Shown here one piece after another: positions 18,453 through 27,654 of a DNA stretch of 64,000 nt. Source of the stretch: Candidatus Omnitrophota bacterium (GTDB lineage Bacteria; Omnitrophota; Gorgyraeia; Zapsychrales; JAKLDJ01); the NCBI GenBank assembly GCA_022703585.1, contig JAKLDJ010000001.1, forward strand, positions 54,891 to 118,890, in the 5' to 3' direction. The number at the start of each line of letters is the position of its first letter. Positions within the stretch are counted from its first letter, which is position 1. Made by a program: the position numbers and the translations under genes. A model generated the notes under the pieces. The model worked only from the letters and a program-made list of their open reading frames with translations, had not been told where the DNA came from and ran no database searches.

Positions 18453-21197
18453 CTAATAAGACGGTACCCTCCTCATGGGCTTCTTATCCTTTTTCTTCAT
18501 CTCCACACCTAGCCCAAGGGGCTTCTCAAAGATCCACTCGTCCACATCTTCCTGAATCGGCCTGTAAACATTTTTCAGTACCTTGGAATTAACCGCAGCT
18601 GACTTTTCCTGTGAAGCAGCCACCACGGGTATATTCGTTCCGTTAATAGCACCGACGATGAATTGGGCAAATATCGGACCTATCGTCCGGTTCGCAAGGC
18701 TGTTCGGATGCCCGTCCGCCGTTGTATGGGAAAGTTCGTATTCATACTTAATGTAATTAAAGTTTTGAGAGCCGGCATTGCTATCCGTGATATATCCCCT
18801 GAAATCAAAAACGGAGATATTGGCATGCGGCCCGTTTTCGGTTAAGAAATCCGTCTTCAGCCATTCTGAAAACTCCGTCGCTCTTGCGGCCTGGTCTGGA
18901 TAGCCTGTTAACCGATGCCGTGGCGGCAAGGTCCAGATGATAAATTTCTTAGCAGGGTATTGATCCATTAAATTCCTTAAGCCGCGGTACTGCGTCTTAT
19001 AATTCTCAAGAGACTGGACGCTGGAATTTATATTGGGGTTGCCCGTATCCGCGACGACGCCGGACGCCGGAAAACAATGCTTGAAGATGATGACGTCATA
19101 GTTTTGCGTCAAATCATCCAGACAAGGAGCCCCGTATCTGGAATCCCTGCATTTTTGATTACCCCATAAATCCCAATAGTGAAAAGGATAATTGACTCCG
19201 CCGTAAATACTGCCGCTGGCGGGGAACCATAAATCGGAAACCTGGTAGCCGGTACCGTTGGTCGAATTATAATTGCTAATCCACCCGGCAACTCCTCCTC
19301 CGCTATAATTGTAGAGATTCCCTCCTGTAGAATGATGCAAAAAGATTATTTTTTGATTACCAGCTGGTACAGGAGGCAAAACAAGGCCGTAATTTGCAAA
19401 GCAGGCTGCCCGGTCATTTTGATCCTTGCGCTGAGCCATTATGACAATATCCGTTAAATTGATACGTCCGTCATGGTTCAAGTCAAAGATGCCCGGAAAA
19501 TTAGTCTGCCCGTTCGCCGCTGAACTGTAGTAGTCCTGGATGCCTTTAAAAAGACCATTGCACCAGTCGACATTCAAATAGTTAGACTGGTCATAGGCAT
19601 TGGTAAACTGCGCCTGGCAAGTCGTGTCATCCCCTGCATTGTACATGGTCATCAGCAGAGAATTGTCTTGCGCATCCGCAATGTTATCGTTATTAATATC
19701 CGCGACGGCATTGTACTGCCCGGCGCTTAAAGCCGAATCAACAATTCCCGAGAGGGCGCTGCACCAAGGATTGAAGGACGCGGGAAGAGAGACTTCTTGC
19801 GGCGTTACAGCCTGGGCCTCGCTCGAATGAGCTGAAACGTTACCGGCGGCATCGTACGCCACCACGGTATAATAATAGGCCGTGTTCGCTGTAAGCTCCG
19901 TATTCTGATAAGTATTCGTATTGACATTAGCAATTTGGGCATACGGCCCTCCTGCCGTTACGCTCCGTAAAACATTATAGCCAACAACGCCCACATTATC
20001 CGTCGACGGGCTCCAGAAAAGATTGATTTGCGATGACGATACGGGGCTGGCGATAAGATTGGCCGGTGCCAAGGGAGCTATCGTATCCGCGGGAGGCGGA
20101 TTACCAGAACCTCCAAAGGTGACCGGAAAGCCCTGTTGGTTGGCCTGCTCATTCTCGTTAACAACGTAGAGATACTTCGGGGTGCCACTTGCCAGGGCCC
20201 CCTGCTTGACCATAATCTGAAGAGAATTATTATTCCATGCGCTGGGAATTTGCATCTCGCAATTGCCTCGCGCGTTCCACGCGGAACCCTCGCACACTTC
20301 CACCCGTGCCGCCGTGGTGTCGATATAAACATCGCTAACCCAGAAATTAGCCGGGCAACCGCTCGTCGTGCAGTTGTCCCGCGCATAATATCCGTTCAAA
20401 AAAACATTGGTCCACAGAGGTGCTGACGCCGTTCGGTTTTGGACCAAATCATTCATCTGGCTTGCCTTAAGCTCGCCGTCCAGCCAGCGATAATAATAGG
20501 CATTCGCAACACCTATCTCATCATTGGCCTTAAAGAAGTATTGGTAATGATGCCAAGCGCCCGGCATAAGAGCATAACCATTGGTATAGTTATTATGAAT
20601 GCTGCGATTGTCGTAATCTGCAAAATAACTATGCCCGCTACCGTTGATGGGATACATGTCATGCCGGAATTCTGCATAGTTACCAGGAACGCCCCAGTCT
20701 CCGGCCCCGCCCTGCCTGAGCGACATGAGCTTGAAATTCCGGCTTTTATCCTGGGCGGTCGGGTCAATCTCGGCATACATATGAAACGACACAAAATACT
20801 TTGTGCTGCCCGAAGGGTTATACAGCCCGAAATTACAATTGTACTGATTAGGGGTCGTATAATCCTGCTTGACAGAAACTAAACTTAGGCCTCTCGGCTT
20901 TTCATCAGAATAGAGCGGATAATCGCCCGCGCGCCTCTCGGTGTACCAGCCGTTACCGACTCTTTGACCGATAACGCCGCTCTCGAAACCATCCCACTTT
21001 AACGGTTCGGCCGGATTCTTTACCCCAAAACCGGAACCAGTGATGACAACGGAAGCATTCTGGACAAAAGATCCTGCCGCACTAGTGATTTGAGGAGCAG
21101 CAGTTTGGGCGTAGACACCCTGCTGAGGGAGAATGAATACCAAGGAAAGAATACTAAAAATAATAGCGGTATTAAACCATCGCTCCGTGGCTTTCAT
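18453..21197 (-). CDS. Large secreted protein (914 aa) with a fibronectin type III domain and dockerin-like Ca-binding repeats
   Basis: Signal peptide. FN3-like segment (PLAPANLIASPVSSSQINLFWSPS...YYYTVVAYDAAGNVS). Two D-x-N/D-x-D repeat pairs (DINNDNIADAQD, DLNHDGRINLTD). Large uncharacterised N- and C-terminal domains. Confidence 0.65.
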   Translation of the reverse strand: MKATERWFNTAIIFSILSLVFILPQQGVYAQTAAPQITSAAGSFVQNASVVITGSGFGVKNPAEPLKWDGFESGVIGQRVGNGWYTERRAGDYPLYSDEKPRGLSLVSVKQDYTTPNQYNCNFGLYNPSGSTKYFVSFHMYAEIDPTAQDKSRNFKLMSLRQGGAGDWGVPGNYAEFRHDMYPINGSGHSYFADYDNRSIHNNYTNGYALMPGAWHHYQYFFKANDEIGVANAYYYRWLDGELKASQMNDLVQNRTASAPLWTNVFLNGYYARDNCTTSGCPANFWVSDVYIDTTAARVEVCEGSAWNARGNCEMQIPSAWNNNSLQIMVKQGALASGTPKYLYVVNENEQANQQGFPVTFGGSGNPPPADTIAPLAPANLIASPVSSSQINLFWSPSTDNVGVVGYNVLRSVTAGGPYAQIANVNTNTYQNTELTANTAYYYTVVAYDAAGNVSAHSSEAQAVTPQEVSLPASFNPWCSALSGIVDSALSAGQYNAVADINNDNIADAQDNSLLMTMYNAGDDTTCQAQFTNAYDQSNYLNVDWCNGLFKGIQDYYSSAANGQTNFPGIFDLNHDGRINLTDIVIMAQRKDQNDRAACFANYGLVLPPVPAGNQKIIFLHHSTGGNLYNYSGGGVAGWISNYNSTNGTGYQVSDLWFPASGSIYGGVNYPFHYWDLWGNQKCRDSRYGAPCLDDLTQNYDVIIFKHCFPASGVVADTGNPNINSSVQSLENYKTQYRGLRNLMDQYPAKKFIIWTLPPRHRLTGYPDQAARATEFSEWLKTDFLTENGPHANISVFDFRGYITDSNAGSQNFNYIKYEYELSHTTADGHPNSLANRTIGPIFAQFIVGAINGTNIPVVAASQEKSAAVNSKVLKNVYRPIQEDVDEWIFEKPLGLGVEMKKKDKKPMRRVPSY

Positions 21198-21273
21198 AGT
21201 TATCTCCTTTCAATGCAATTACATGATGCCCATACAAATTTGCTTAACACCCGTCGCTCTCTTAGACGGTTGC

Positions 21274-24213
21274 TTAGCGTGACGGCAATGGATCATTATT
21301 TACCGTTGTTAACAATACCCGCGCATCCACAGCGGGCAAGATCAAATTCTGAATTGTTGCCCCGGAATTCGCCACATGATCCTGGACGCCATTGATCAAT
21401 CTAAATTCCTGGCCCAAATCAATGGTAGCCGGCGGCGTGCCGTAATAATTGTTATTCAAAATAACGATCCCGTGCTGAAAATCCCGCCGCCAGATATTCG
21501 GCTGCACCTGATAGGGCTCGCCTACCGGATCGCCGAGATAGCCCCTGCCGATACTGCCATTCGTGGTCGGAACCCCGGCCTGCCAGTCAACCCAGAACTC
21601 ATCATACCAGAGCATGTGCCTGTACCCGATAGCCCCGTCGGTAGGAGTAGGCATATGATAGACACCCCCTAGCAGGCTGGCAACCAAACCGTAGCGAGAA
21701 TAACGATAATTAGCCTGATTTGTGAGAAATATATTCCAGTTCATGTGTGGCGTTTTACTATGCATTTGCCAGTACAAAAAACTATTATCGTTGCTTGGAT
21801 TTAAGAACGTGTCTAAATTCCAAACACCATTACGATGAAGCATAGACTCCCACATCTTTCCGTTATAGAGACCGTGGTGCATATCTGCATTATTACCGAC
21901 GACTAAAACATCCTGCCCCAATTTAGCCCTCGTTAATTCCATTAATCTTTGCAGGCCGTTGCCCCACAGAGACCTGACCTCGGCAAAAACGCCAGAGTCA
22001 TTGAGATCTTCATCGACCCCGTCTAAATCATAATCCATAGGCTGGGTAAATGTATGATGGGCATAATCATATAAGAACCAGAAGGTGGTGTCCGGCCCAT
22101 CATAGCCAATACCATCCCAATCCCCTTTGGCAATCGCATTTTTTTCCAAGTGATCCGTCAATGCTTCCGAAAAGGGTACGGCGGGATTAAGGTTATAATT
22201 CAACTGATTCGGGTAATACAGGTTAATGGCGTATTCCCCCGCGACATTGTGCAAACGCCAGCTGTCTTGCAACTGTTCCGCCAAATCCGCACTCGCGATG
22301 TCGCTGACACCATAAAGCGTATTGGATAACGCATACTGGTACATCACCAATAAGATATTGGGATTGGCCTCCCTAATCTGACGCAAGACCAAAGACCGGT
22401 TAAGATTATTATTGCTCGGCAATACGTAGTCATACCGGGCAATATCGCTGGCTTCCGTCGGAGCTATGACGTTACCCGTGAAATATAAAGCAAGTTTCGG
22501 ATAATTATTATTGACCGGGGGCAAAACACGTAAACGACGATACCAAGCATAATCATCGCCATTGTCACTGGCTCGGCATTTGATATAAAAATCATAGGAA
22601 GGAATCGTACTCCCGACCGGCTGTTGGATCGTGTGCGTAAAGCCATCGCTCGTCCGGACCTTTCGGGGTAAATGCGCGTAGACATCGGCCTCGCTGCCAT
22701 AGGCACAATGCATCGAGGATTCCGTGGTAAAACTAAGCTCGATACTATCTGTGTTCGCAATCACATAGCCATCGGGTCTCGTGACATTTATCTTGGGCCT
22801 CTGGACCAAAGCCCCATCCTCAAAAACCCTCGCATTCCTAGTAACCGCCACCTCAAGAACATCCCCCGCACTCTTTGGGCCGGCATAATAGAGATCATTC
22901 GGAGAAAACGGAACCCCTCGGATATAGTTCTCCCTGATCTCCTCACTGCTGAGTGCCTTGTTCAGGATCCTGAATTCATCCACCACGGCATTCGCATTAC
23001 CGATGACCAGATTGCCGTTCGCCGGGGCAAAATTAAAATCGTTAAAATGATTCTGGGAGATCTTAAAACCGTTTAGATAAAGACTGGACTTGTTCTCAGT
23101 CTTGGAATACGTCATGGACAGCAGCATAGGTTTATTGATCGGCACATTGTTATGCATCGTATTGATCTGGACAGCACCCCCCCAGGTCGGATCCACAAAA
23201 CCTTTGTGAACCGTAAATAAAAGGATCCCTTCGGCCGTTTTGATATTCATCATAAACAATTCGCCGGTTACCGGGTTTCGATACCGAAATATGTAAGGAT
23301 CACCCGTATTGGCATCATAAACACTGCTGGTGAGAGGCTGTCTGAGAGTTAGCCAAAGTTCAACCGTCCCTTCATCAAAATCTAAATTATCGTTAACGGC
23401 ATACTGGGCCTTGCCGCTCATGCCCGTTCCAAATTTTCCCGGCTCAAAATTAATATTCTCCGCTGCCACCTCGCACTCGCCGTCAGCCGTGTTCAAATTG
23501 CCGTCAAAATGAGCCAAAAATGTGGTAGAGGTTGTACCCGATTCGACCGGAACGCCGTTTAACCTCCATTCATAAGGAACTCCTGCGGGCAGAAAAGTCT
23601 GCGCGAGCACGATTTTATCTTCATAGGGTTTCTGAAGCGCTAAGATGAGAGTAGACATGATACCGCCTGGAATCACGACAGGTTCTACCGTTGGTTCTAG
23701 GGGTAAATCGTCAACGGATCCAAGATTGAGAGACGTAAGATCGGGTGTTTCTTCGAATATGGGGTCGCCGGAGGGTATTGGTTCGGCATTAACAGTTATC
23801 GGTTCTGCATCGATAGGCGCTGGTTGGACATCAACAGGTATTGGGTCTATGTCGAGAAGAGGAGCAACGTACGGCTGGCTTATGCCGTCAGAATAATCTT
23901 TTGCATCACCCGTATAAATTTTTTCTTCCGCAGAAGAAACCAGATCATGGCTTTGGGAATTCGGCGATCCGGACGCAAAATTGCCTGCAAAAGAACCGTC
24001 CCGGCGAGCGCCGTTGACAAACCCATAGTTATAACTCCTGCGGAGAAACGATTCCGAAGACGATGATTTGTGTGACTTTAAATGACGCGACTTGACTAAT
24101 TCGGAGCCCCCATTCTGAGCAAAAGTATTATCTTGCAATACAGTCAAAATAAAGACGGCGGTGAGACCCAAACCGAAACGCAGAAAATGATGGAATGTAT
24201 AATATCTTTTCAT
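21274..24213 (-). CDS. Large secreted protein (979 aa) with a LamG/concanavalin-like domain and a C-terminal glycoside-hydrolase-like domain (family uncertain)
   Basis: Signal peptide. LamG-like block (GTVELWL...VDEFRILNKALSSEEI). Trp/Tyr/Asp-rich C-terminal region typical of carbohydrate-active TIM-barrel folds. RBS AGGAGGG. Confidence 0.65.
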   Translation of the reverse strand: MKRYYTFHHFLRFGLGLTAVFILTVLQDNTFAQNGGSELVKSRHLKSHKSSSSESFLRRSYNYGFVNGARRDGSFAGNFASGSPNSQSHDLVSSAEEKIYTGDAKDYSDGISQPYVAPLLDIDPIPVDVQPAPIDAEPITVNAEPIPSGDPIFEETPDLTSLNLGSVDDLPLEPTVEPVVIPGGIMSTLILALQKPYEDKIVLAQTFLPAGVPYEWRLNGVPVESGTTSTTFLAHFDGNLNTADGECEVAAENINFEPGKFGTGMSGKAQYAVNDNLDFDEGTVELWLTLRQPLTSSVYDANTGDPYIFRYRNPVTGELFMMNIKTAEGILLFTVHKGFVDPTWGGAVQINTMHNNVPINKPMLLSMTYSKTENKSSLYLNGFKISQNHFNDFNFAPANGNLVIGNANAVVDEFRILNKALSSEEIRENYIRGVPFSPNDLYYAGPKSAGDVLEVAVTRNARVFEDGALVQRPKINVTRPDGYVIANTDSIELSFTTESSMHCAYGSEADVYAHLPRKVRTSDGFTHTIQQPVGSTIPSYDFYIKCRASDNGDDYAWYRRLRVLPPVNNNYPKLALYFTGNVIAPTEASDIARYDYVLPSNNNLNRSLVLRQIREANPNILLVMYQYALSNTLYGVSDIASADLAEQLQDSWRLHNVAGEYAINLYYPNQLNYNLNPAVPFSEALTDHLEKNAIAKGDWDGIGYDGPDTTFWFLYDYAHHTFTQPMDYDLDGVDEDLNDSGVFAEVRSLWGNGLQRLMELTRAKLGQDVLVVGNNADMHHGLYNGKMWESMLHRNGVWNLDTFLNPSNDNSFLYWQMHSKTPHMNWNIFLTNQANYRYSRYGLVASLLGGVYHMPTPTDGAIGYRHMLWYDEFWVDWQAGVPTTNGSIGRGYLGDPVGEPYQVQPNIWRRDFQHGIVILNNNYYGTPPATIDLGQEFRLINGVQDHVANSGATIQNLILPAVDARVLLTTVNNDPLPSR

Positions 24214-24263
24214 GTCTTTACCCTCCTAAGAAATTGGGGAGGGCCTTTATTAAGAAAGGCCTA

Positions 24264-24390
24264 TTCCCGGTTACCAAATAAAAAGAGGAATAAGCCGTGA
24301 GCCATTTGTTATTTTGATTCGGCAGTCAGGCTATCCTCTTTTTTAAGGACCCTCTAACTTTGCGCACCGCCCTTACGGACAGATTGCCTT
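24264..24390 (-). promoter_or_regulatory. Candidate c-di-GMP-I (GEMM)-like riboswitch with intrinsic terminator, in the leader of the 979-aa gene
   Basis: Sense strand: aaggcaatctgtccGTAAgggcggtGCGCAAAGttag...ctgactgccgaatc, then terminator hairpin agaggatagcc...ggcttattcctct plus ttttatttgg. Closely parallels the 49342-49492 element (ggcaaactattcGTAAggataGGACGCAAAGC...ctggctgccgaatc). Confidence 0.5.
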
Positions 24391-24765
24391 TATCGTCAAA
24401 ACATGATTTCTTTAATTATCTATTTAAAAGTATAGCACTGATTTAGGGGGAAACAAGGCAGGGAGACATGCTACCGGGAAGCGTTTTCCTGGAGAGATCA
24501 TCTTTGAATATTTAACCTTCGATGACAAGCGTCAAGAGTCAAGATTACACCTGAAAACACAGAGCAATAAATTGAATTATTTTAAGTTACTGCTGGATAG
24601 ATAGCAAAGACCTCGCAATCGGGCTGAAAAAACAATCCGATCAATTCGGAACATCTGACCCCTATTACTGATAAAGATTCTCCGCTAACAACAAGGGAAC
24701 AGCCGGGAAGGTTACGGCAGGAAATTATTTTGTTCCTAAGGCTGACGCGAATGAATTCTGCGCCG

Positions 24766-25269
24766 TTACGGCTTAGGCGCGGGATCCCCTGGGGCAGTCT
24801 GCATTAATTTCTGCAAAATCGCCAACGAGGTCTTAAACCCGGTTTCATCTCTTTGTTTCTCAAAGACCTCAACGCTCTTTTTAACGGCATCAATGGCTTC
24901 CGGCCTTTTGCCCTGGAGATCATAACAACCGCCCAGCATCAGATAGGCCTGGCCGTTATTGGGATCAATGCTTGCAACGGATTTGAAATTCTCTATAGCC
25001 TTGTCATAATTAGCCATTTGCATATACATTTGCCCCAAGACAAAATAGGCCCTGACATCATTAGGATTAATGACAACCGCCTGGTTAAAAGCCCCCATGG
25101 CATTAACCACATCCCCTTTAGCTAAATATTTTGCCCCGATTTCAACAAGATCGGTTTTTACCGCCGGCGCCTGGGGAGCAGACGCGGTATCTGTCTTTTC
25201 GGCGGGCTGACGAGAACCGCAACCTGCGAGCCACACAACAGCCATCAATACATAAATCATTCTTTTCAT
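24766..25269 (-). CDS. TPR-repeat lipoprotein
   Basis: Lipobox LAGCG. Three TPR-like repeats (AYFVLGQMYMQMANYDKAIENF, AYLMLGGCYDLQGKRPEAI). Confidence 0.7.
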   Translation of the reverse strand: MKRMIYVLMAVVWLAGCGSRQPAEKTDTASAPQAPAVKTDLVEIGAKYLAKGDVVNAMGAFNQAVVINPNDVRAYFVLGQMYMQMANYDKAIENFKSVASIDPNNGQAYLMLGGCYDLQGKRPEAIDAVKKSVEVFEKQRDETGFKTSLAILQKLMQTAPGDPAPKP

Positions 25270-25445
25270 TTTGTTTTCCTTTGTAGGTAGGTTTAGGAAA
25301 GCATTTTATCCCTAAGAGGCGCAATTTTCAATATAAAAATAAACGCGCCCGTTATTGCCGTTTCGGCCTAAATTCGATACCGGTTTAATGTTAATTGAAA
25401 TTCTTATTGTTTAAGAAACCTTGACTCGATACAATATAGATTGAG

Positions 25446-26006
25446 ATGAAGAAAACACTATTAATACTCTTTTGTTTTGTCTTTTTTGGCACTGCCTGCG
25501 AAAAAAACTCTCCCATAACAACAATCGACAGTGAAATGGAAACCATGCGCGAAGGCGGATTTGAGTTTGAACATCCCAGCGACTGGAAAATTTCCGGGAT
25601 CGAAGATGCCACAGCCACCGAGAAAAAGAAAGCCTCCTATCATTTTACCCATCCTAAAAATAAAATCTGCCGCGTCAGCATCGAAATATACAACCTCAAG
25701 GATTTAAGCCCGGAGCAACTCAATAAAATGATCGCGATGAAAGCCCGGGAATTAAAAGAGAATTTTGCCAAGGCCGGTTATGCAAACTTCTCTTTTGAGA
25801 CTTCCTCAACAGGAATGATCAGCAGAAAACCGGCCACGCGACTGACCGCCAGCGGCGTTAAAGACGGGGTCACCCGAAAAATCGTGATGGACATGATGAT
25901 TTACAAGAATTCTTTTTATGCCATTTCCTACCAGTGGCTTGATAGCTGGAGCAAGAGAATCGAATCCAGGCTTGCCGAAATAGCCGCTACGTTTCACATC
26001 CTCTAA
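25446..26006 (+). CDS. Lipoprotein of unknown function (DcrB/PsbP-like fold suspected)
   Basis: Signal plus lipobox FGTAC. 186 aa. One of only two plus-strand genes. Confidence 0.5.
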   Translation: MKKTLLILFCFVFFGTACEKNSPITTIDSEMETMREGGFEFEHPSDWKISGIEDATATEKKKASYHFTHPKNKICRVSIEIYNLKDLSPEQLNKMIAMKARELKENFAKAGYANFSFETSSTGMISRKPATRLTASGVKDGVTRKIVMDMMIYKNSFYAISYQWLDSWSKRIESRLAEIAATFHIL

Positions 26007-26034
26007 TAAATAACTGAAGTCAAGAAAACAGGGT

Positions 26035-26976
26035 TTACGACGGGGATTCTTTGTTTTCCGGCCCGGCCGGTTTAGGCAAAATCAAGGAAGCAATAATTGA
26101 AACGGAAAGAGTAGCAACCACCACCATGAGAGCCACTGCGACGGGTATGTGATAAAAATCACCTATGAGCATCTTCACGCCCACAAAAACAAGAATAGCG
26201 CAAAGCCCGTAATTAAGATAATGAAAAAGCTGCATGATCCGCGCCAAGACAAAATAGAGCGCGCGTAACCCCAAGATCGCAAAGACGTTCGAGGTGTAAA
26301 CGATAAAAGGATCCCGGGTAATCGCCAGAATGGCGGGAATCGAGTCAACGGCAAAAATAAGATCCGTCGTTTCAATCGTCAAGAGAACGATAAAAAGCGG
26401 CGTAGCAAACCACACCCCTTCTTTTTTGGCAAAGAAACTACTTCCTTCATAATCCCGGGTGACGGGGAAAAACCGTCTAAAGATTTTAAGAACAGGATTT
26501 CTTTCGGGGTGGATTTCTTTGTCTTTTTGCGACAGCATTTTAAAACCGGCCATGATCAGCAGGGCCCCAAAAAGATAAATGATCCAGTGGAATTTATCAA
26601 TCAGGGCTACGCCGGCAAATATAAAAATACCTCTCATGACCTGGGCGCCGAGTATGCCCCAGAATAAAATCTTATGCTGGTACTGTGAAGGAACCTTAAA
26701 GTAGGAAAAAATAAGAATAAAAACAAAAAGATTATCAACGCTTAAAGATTGTTCGATGATATAACCGGTCAGAAATTCCAGGGCCGGCTTGGGGCCTTTA
26801 TAGAAATAAATCCCTAAGTTAAAAAGAAGCGCCAGGGCAATCCAGGCAAAGCTCCAGGCAAGGGCCTCTTTCATCGAAACCACATGGGCCCGGCGATGAA
26901 AGACAGCCTGGTCTAAAATAAGCATAGCCACAACAAAAAGATTAAACCAGATCAACCAGGAAATTTGACCGGACAT
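26035..26976 (-). CDS. TerC/Alx family integral membrane protein
   Basis: Multi-TM protein with TerC-family conserved blocks (LSVDNLFVF..., FAVDSIPA...). Confidence 0.8.
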   Translation of the reverse strand: MSGQISWLIWFNLFVVAMLILDQAVFHRRAHVVSMKEALAWSFAWIALALLFNLGIYFYKGPKPALEFLTGYIIEQSLSVDNLFVFILIFSYFKVPSQYQHKILFWGILGAQVMRGIFIFAGVALIDKFHWIIYLFGALLIMAGFKMLSQKDKEIHPERNPVLKIFRRFFPVTRDYEGSSFFAKKEGVWFATPLFIVLLTIETTDLIFAVDSIPAILAITRDPFIVYTSNVFAILGLRALYFVLARIMQLFHYLNYGLCAILVFVGVKMLIGDFYHIPVAVALMVVVATLSVSIIASLILPKPAGPENKESPS

Positions 26977-27062
26977 AAAAACCTTTCTTTTTTAGTAGCC
27001 GGCGATTCGCCTTTTCGGCGAATCGCCGATATAAATCGGGTCAGAGAGTAATTTTCAACCCG

Positions 27063-27095
27063 TAATTAATCGGGGAGGAGAGATTTGCCCGCCTC
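27063..27095 (-). pseudogene. Short tRNA 3'-end fragment (T-arm/acceptor remnant ...aaatctctcctccccga)
   Basis: Sequence attaatcggggagg repeats the 3' acceptor end of the partial tRNA-Pro at 27179. Confidence 0.35.
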
Positions 27096-27178
27096 GTCCG
27101 CCAAATTGTGAAACAATTTGGCGCACGGGCGAGGTCTCGCCCCGCTTTGCGGGGCGGAAACTCTCAACCCTAAATTAA

Positions 27179-27243
27179 TCGGGGAGCCGGGATTTGAACC
27201 CGGGACCTCTTGCTCCCAAAGCAAGCACGCTAGCCAACTGCAC
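27179..27243 (-). pseudogene. Partial tRNA-Pro(TGG) copy (D-arm through 3' end) lacking a matching 5' acceptor strand
   Basis: The 3' ~65 nt fold well: anticodon loop ttTGGga, T-loop ttcaaat, acceptor 3' ctccccg. The required 5' cggggag is absent, replaced by a 50-nt hairpin (gcacctgactt...aagtcaggtgc). Confidence 0.5.
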
Positions 27244-27446
27244 CTGACTTCCTCTAAACTTAAAGAACTTCTATTGAGAAAAGTCAGGTGCTGCCCCAAC
27301 TTTCCACTAATCCTGTTTAGAAGAAGTTGGGACTGCACCGGCTTCTTCTAAAATAGAATCTTAAGGATGGCCGGGCTGCACTTGTTTCTTCTGAACGTAG
27401 ATCTTTTTATTCTAAGGAAAACAAGTGCTGCACCATCCTAAAAAAG

Positions 27447-27521
27447 TCGGGGCGGACAGATTTGAACTGTCGACCTTCTGCTCCCAAAGCAGACGCGCTA
27501 GCCAAGCTGCGCTACGCCCCG
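27447..27521 (-). tRNA. tRNA-Pro (TGG)
   Basis: Acceptor cggggcg/cgccccg, D-arm gcgcagcttggctagcgc, anticodon loop ttTGGga, T-arm gacagttcaaatctgtc. No encoded CCA. Confidence 0.85.
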
Positions 27522-27654
27522 AAAACGTAAATTCTTTTCAGGAATTGGGCTTAGTATAGCATGGGGCATATCGTTGCGCAATACCTGACGGCAAGGATCC
27601 CCTCAAAAGACATTCTATTGATGATTTAAAACGCATACGCTATAATACCTCTCC

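Noticed and set aside
26977-27060. ggcgattcgcc...ggcgaatcgcc hairpin as terminator
   Set aside because: No T-tract on either strand. Could be a weak bidirectional element, not annotated.
27179-27300. Second functional tRNA-Pro, possibly with an intron
   Set aside because: Removing the inserted hairpin does not restore a 5' acceptor strand complementary to ctccccg, so it is best treated as a truncated copy.
27066-27351. 90-aa and 77-aa ORFs (both strands)
   Set aside because: They overlie the tRNA-Pro fragment region. Arg/Pro-rich, no RBS.
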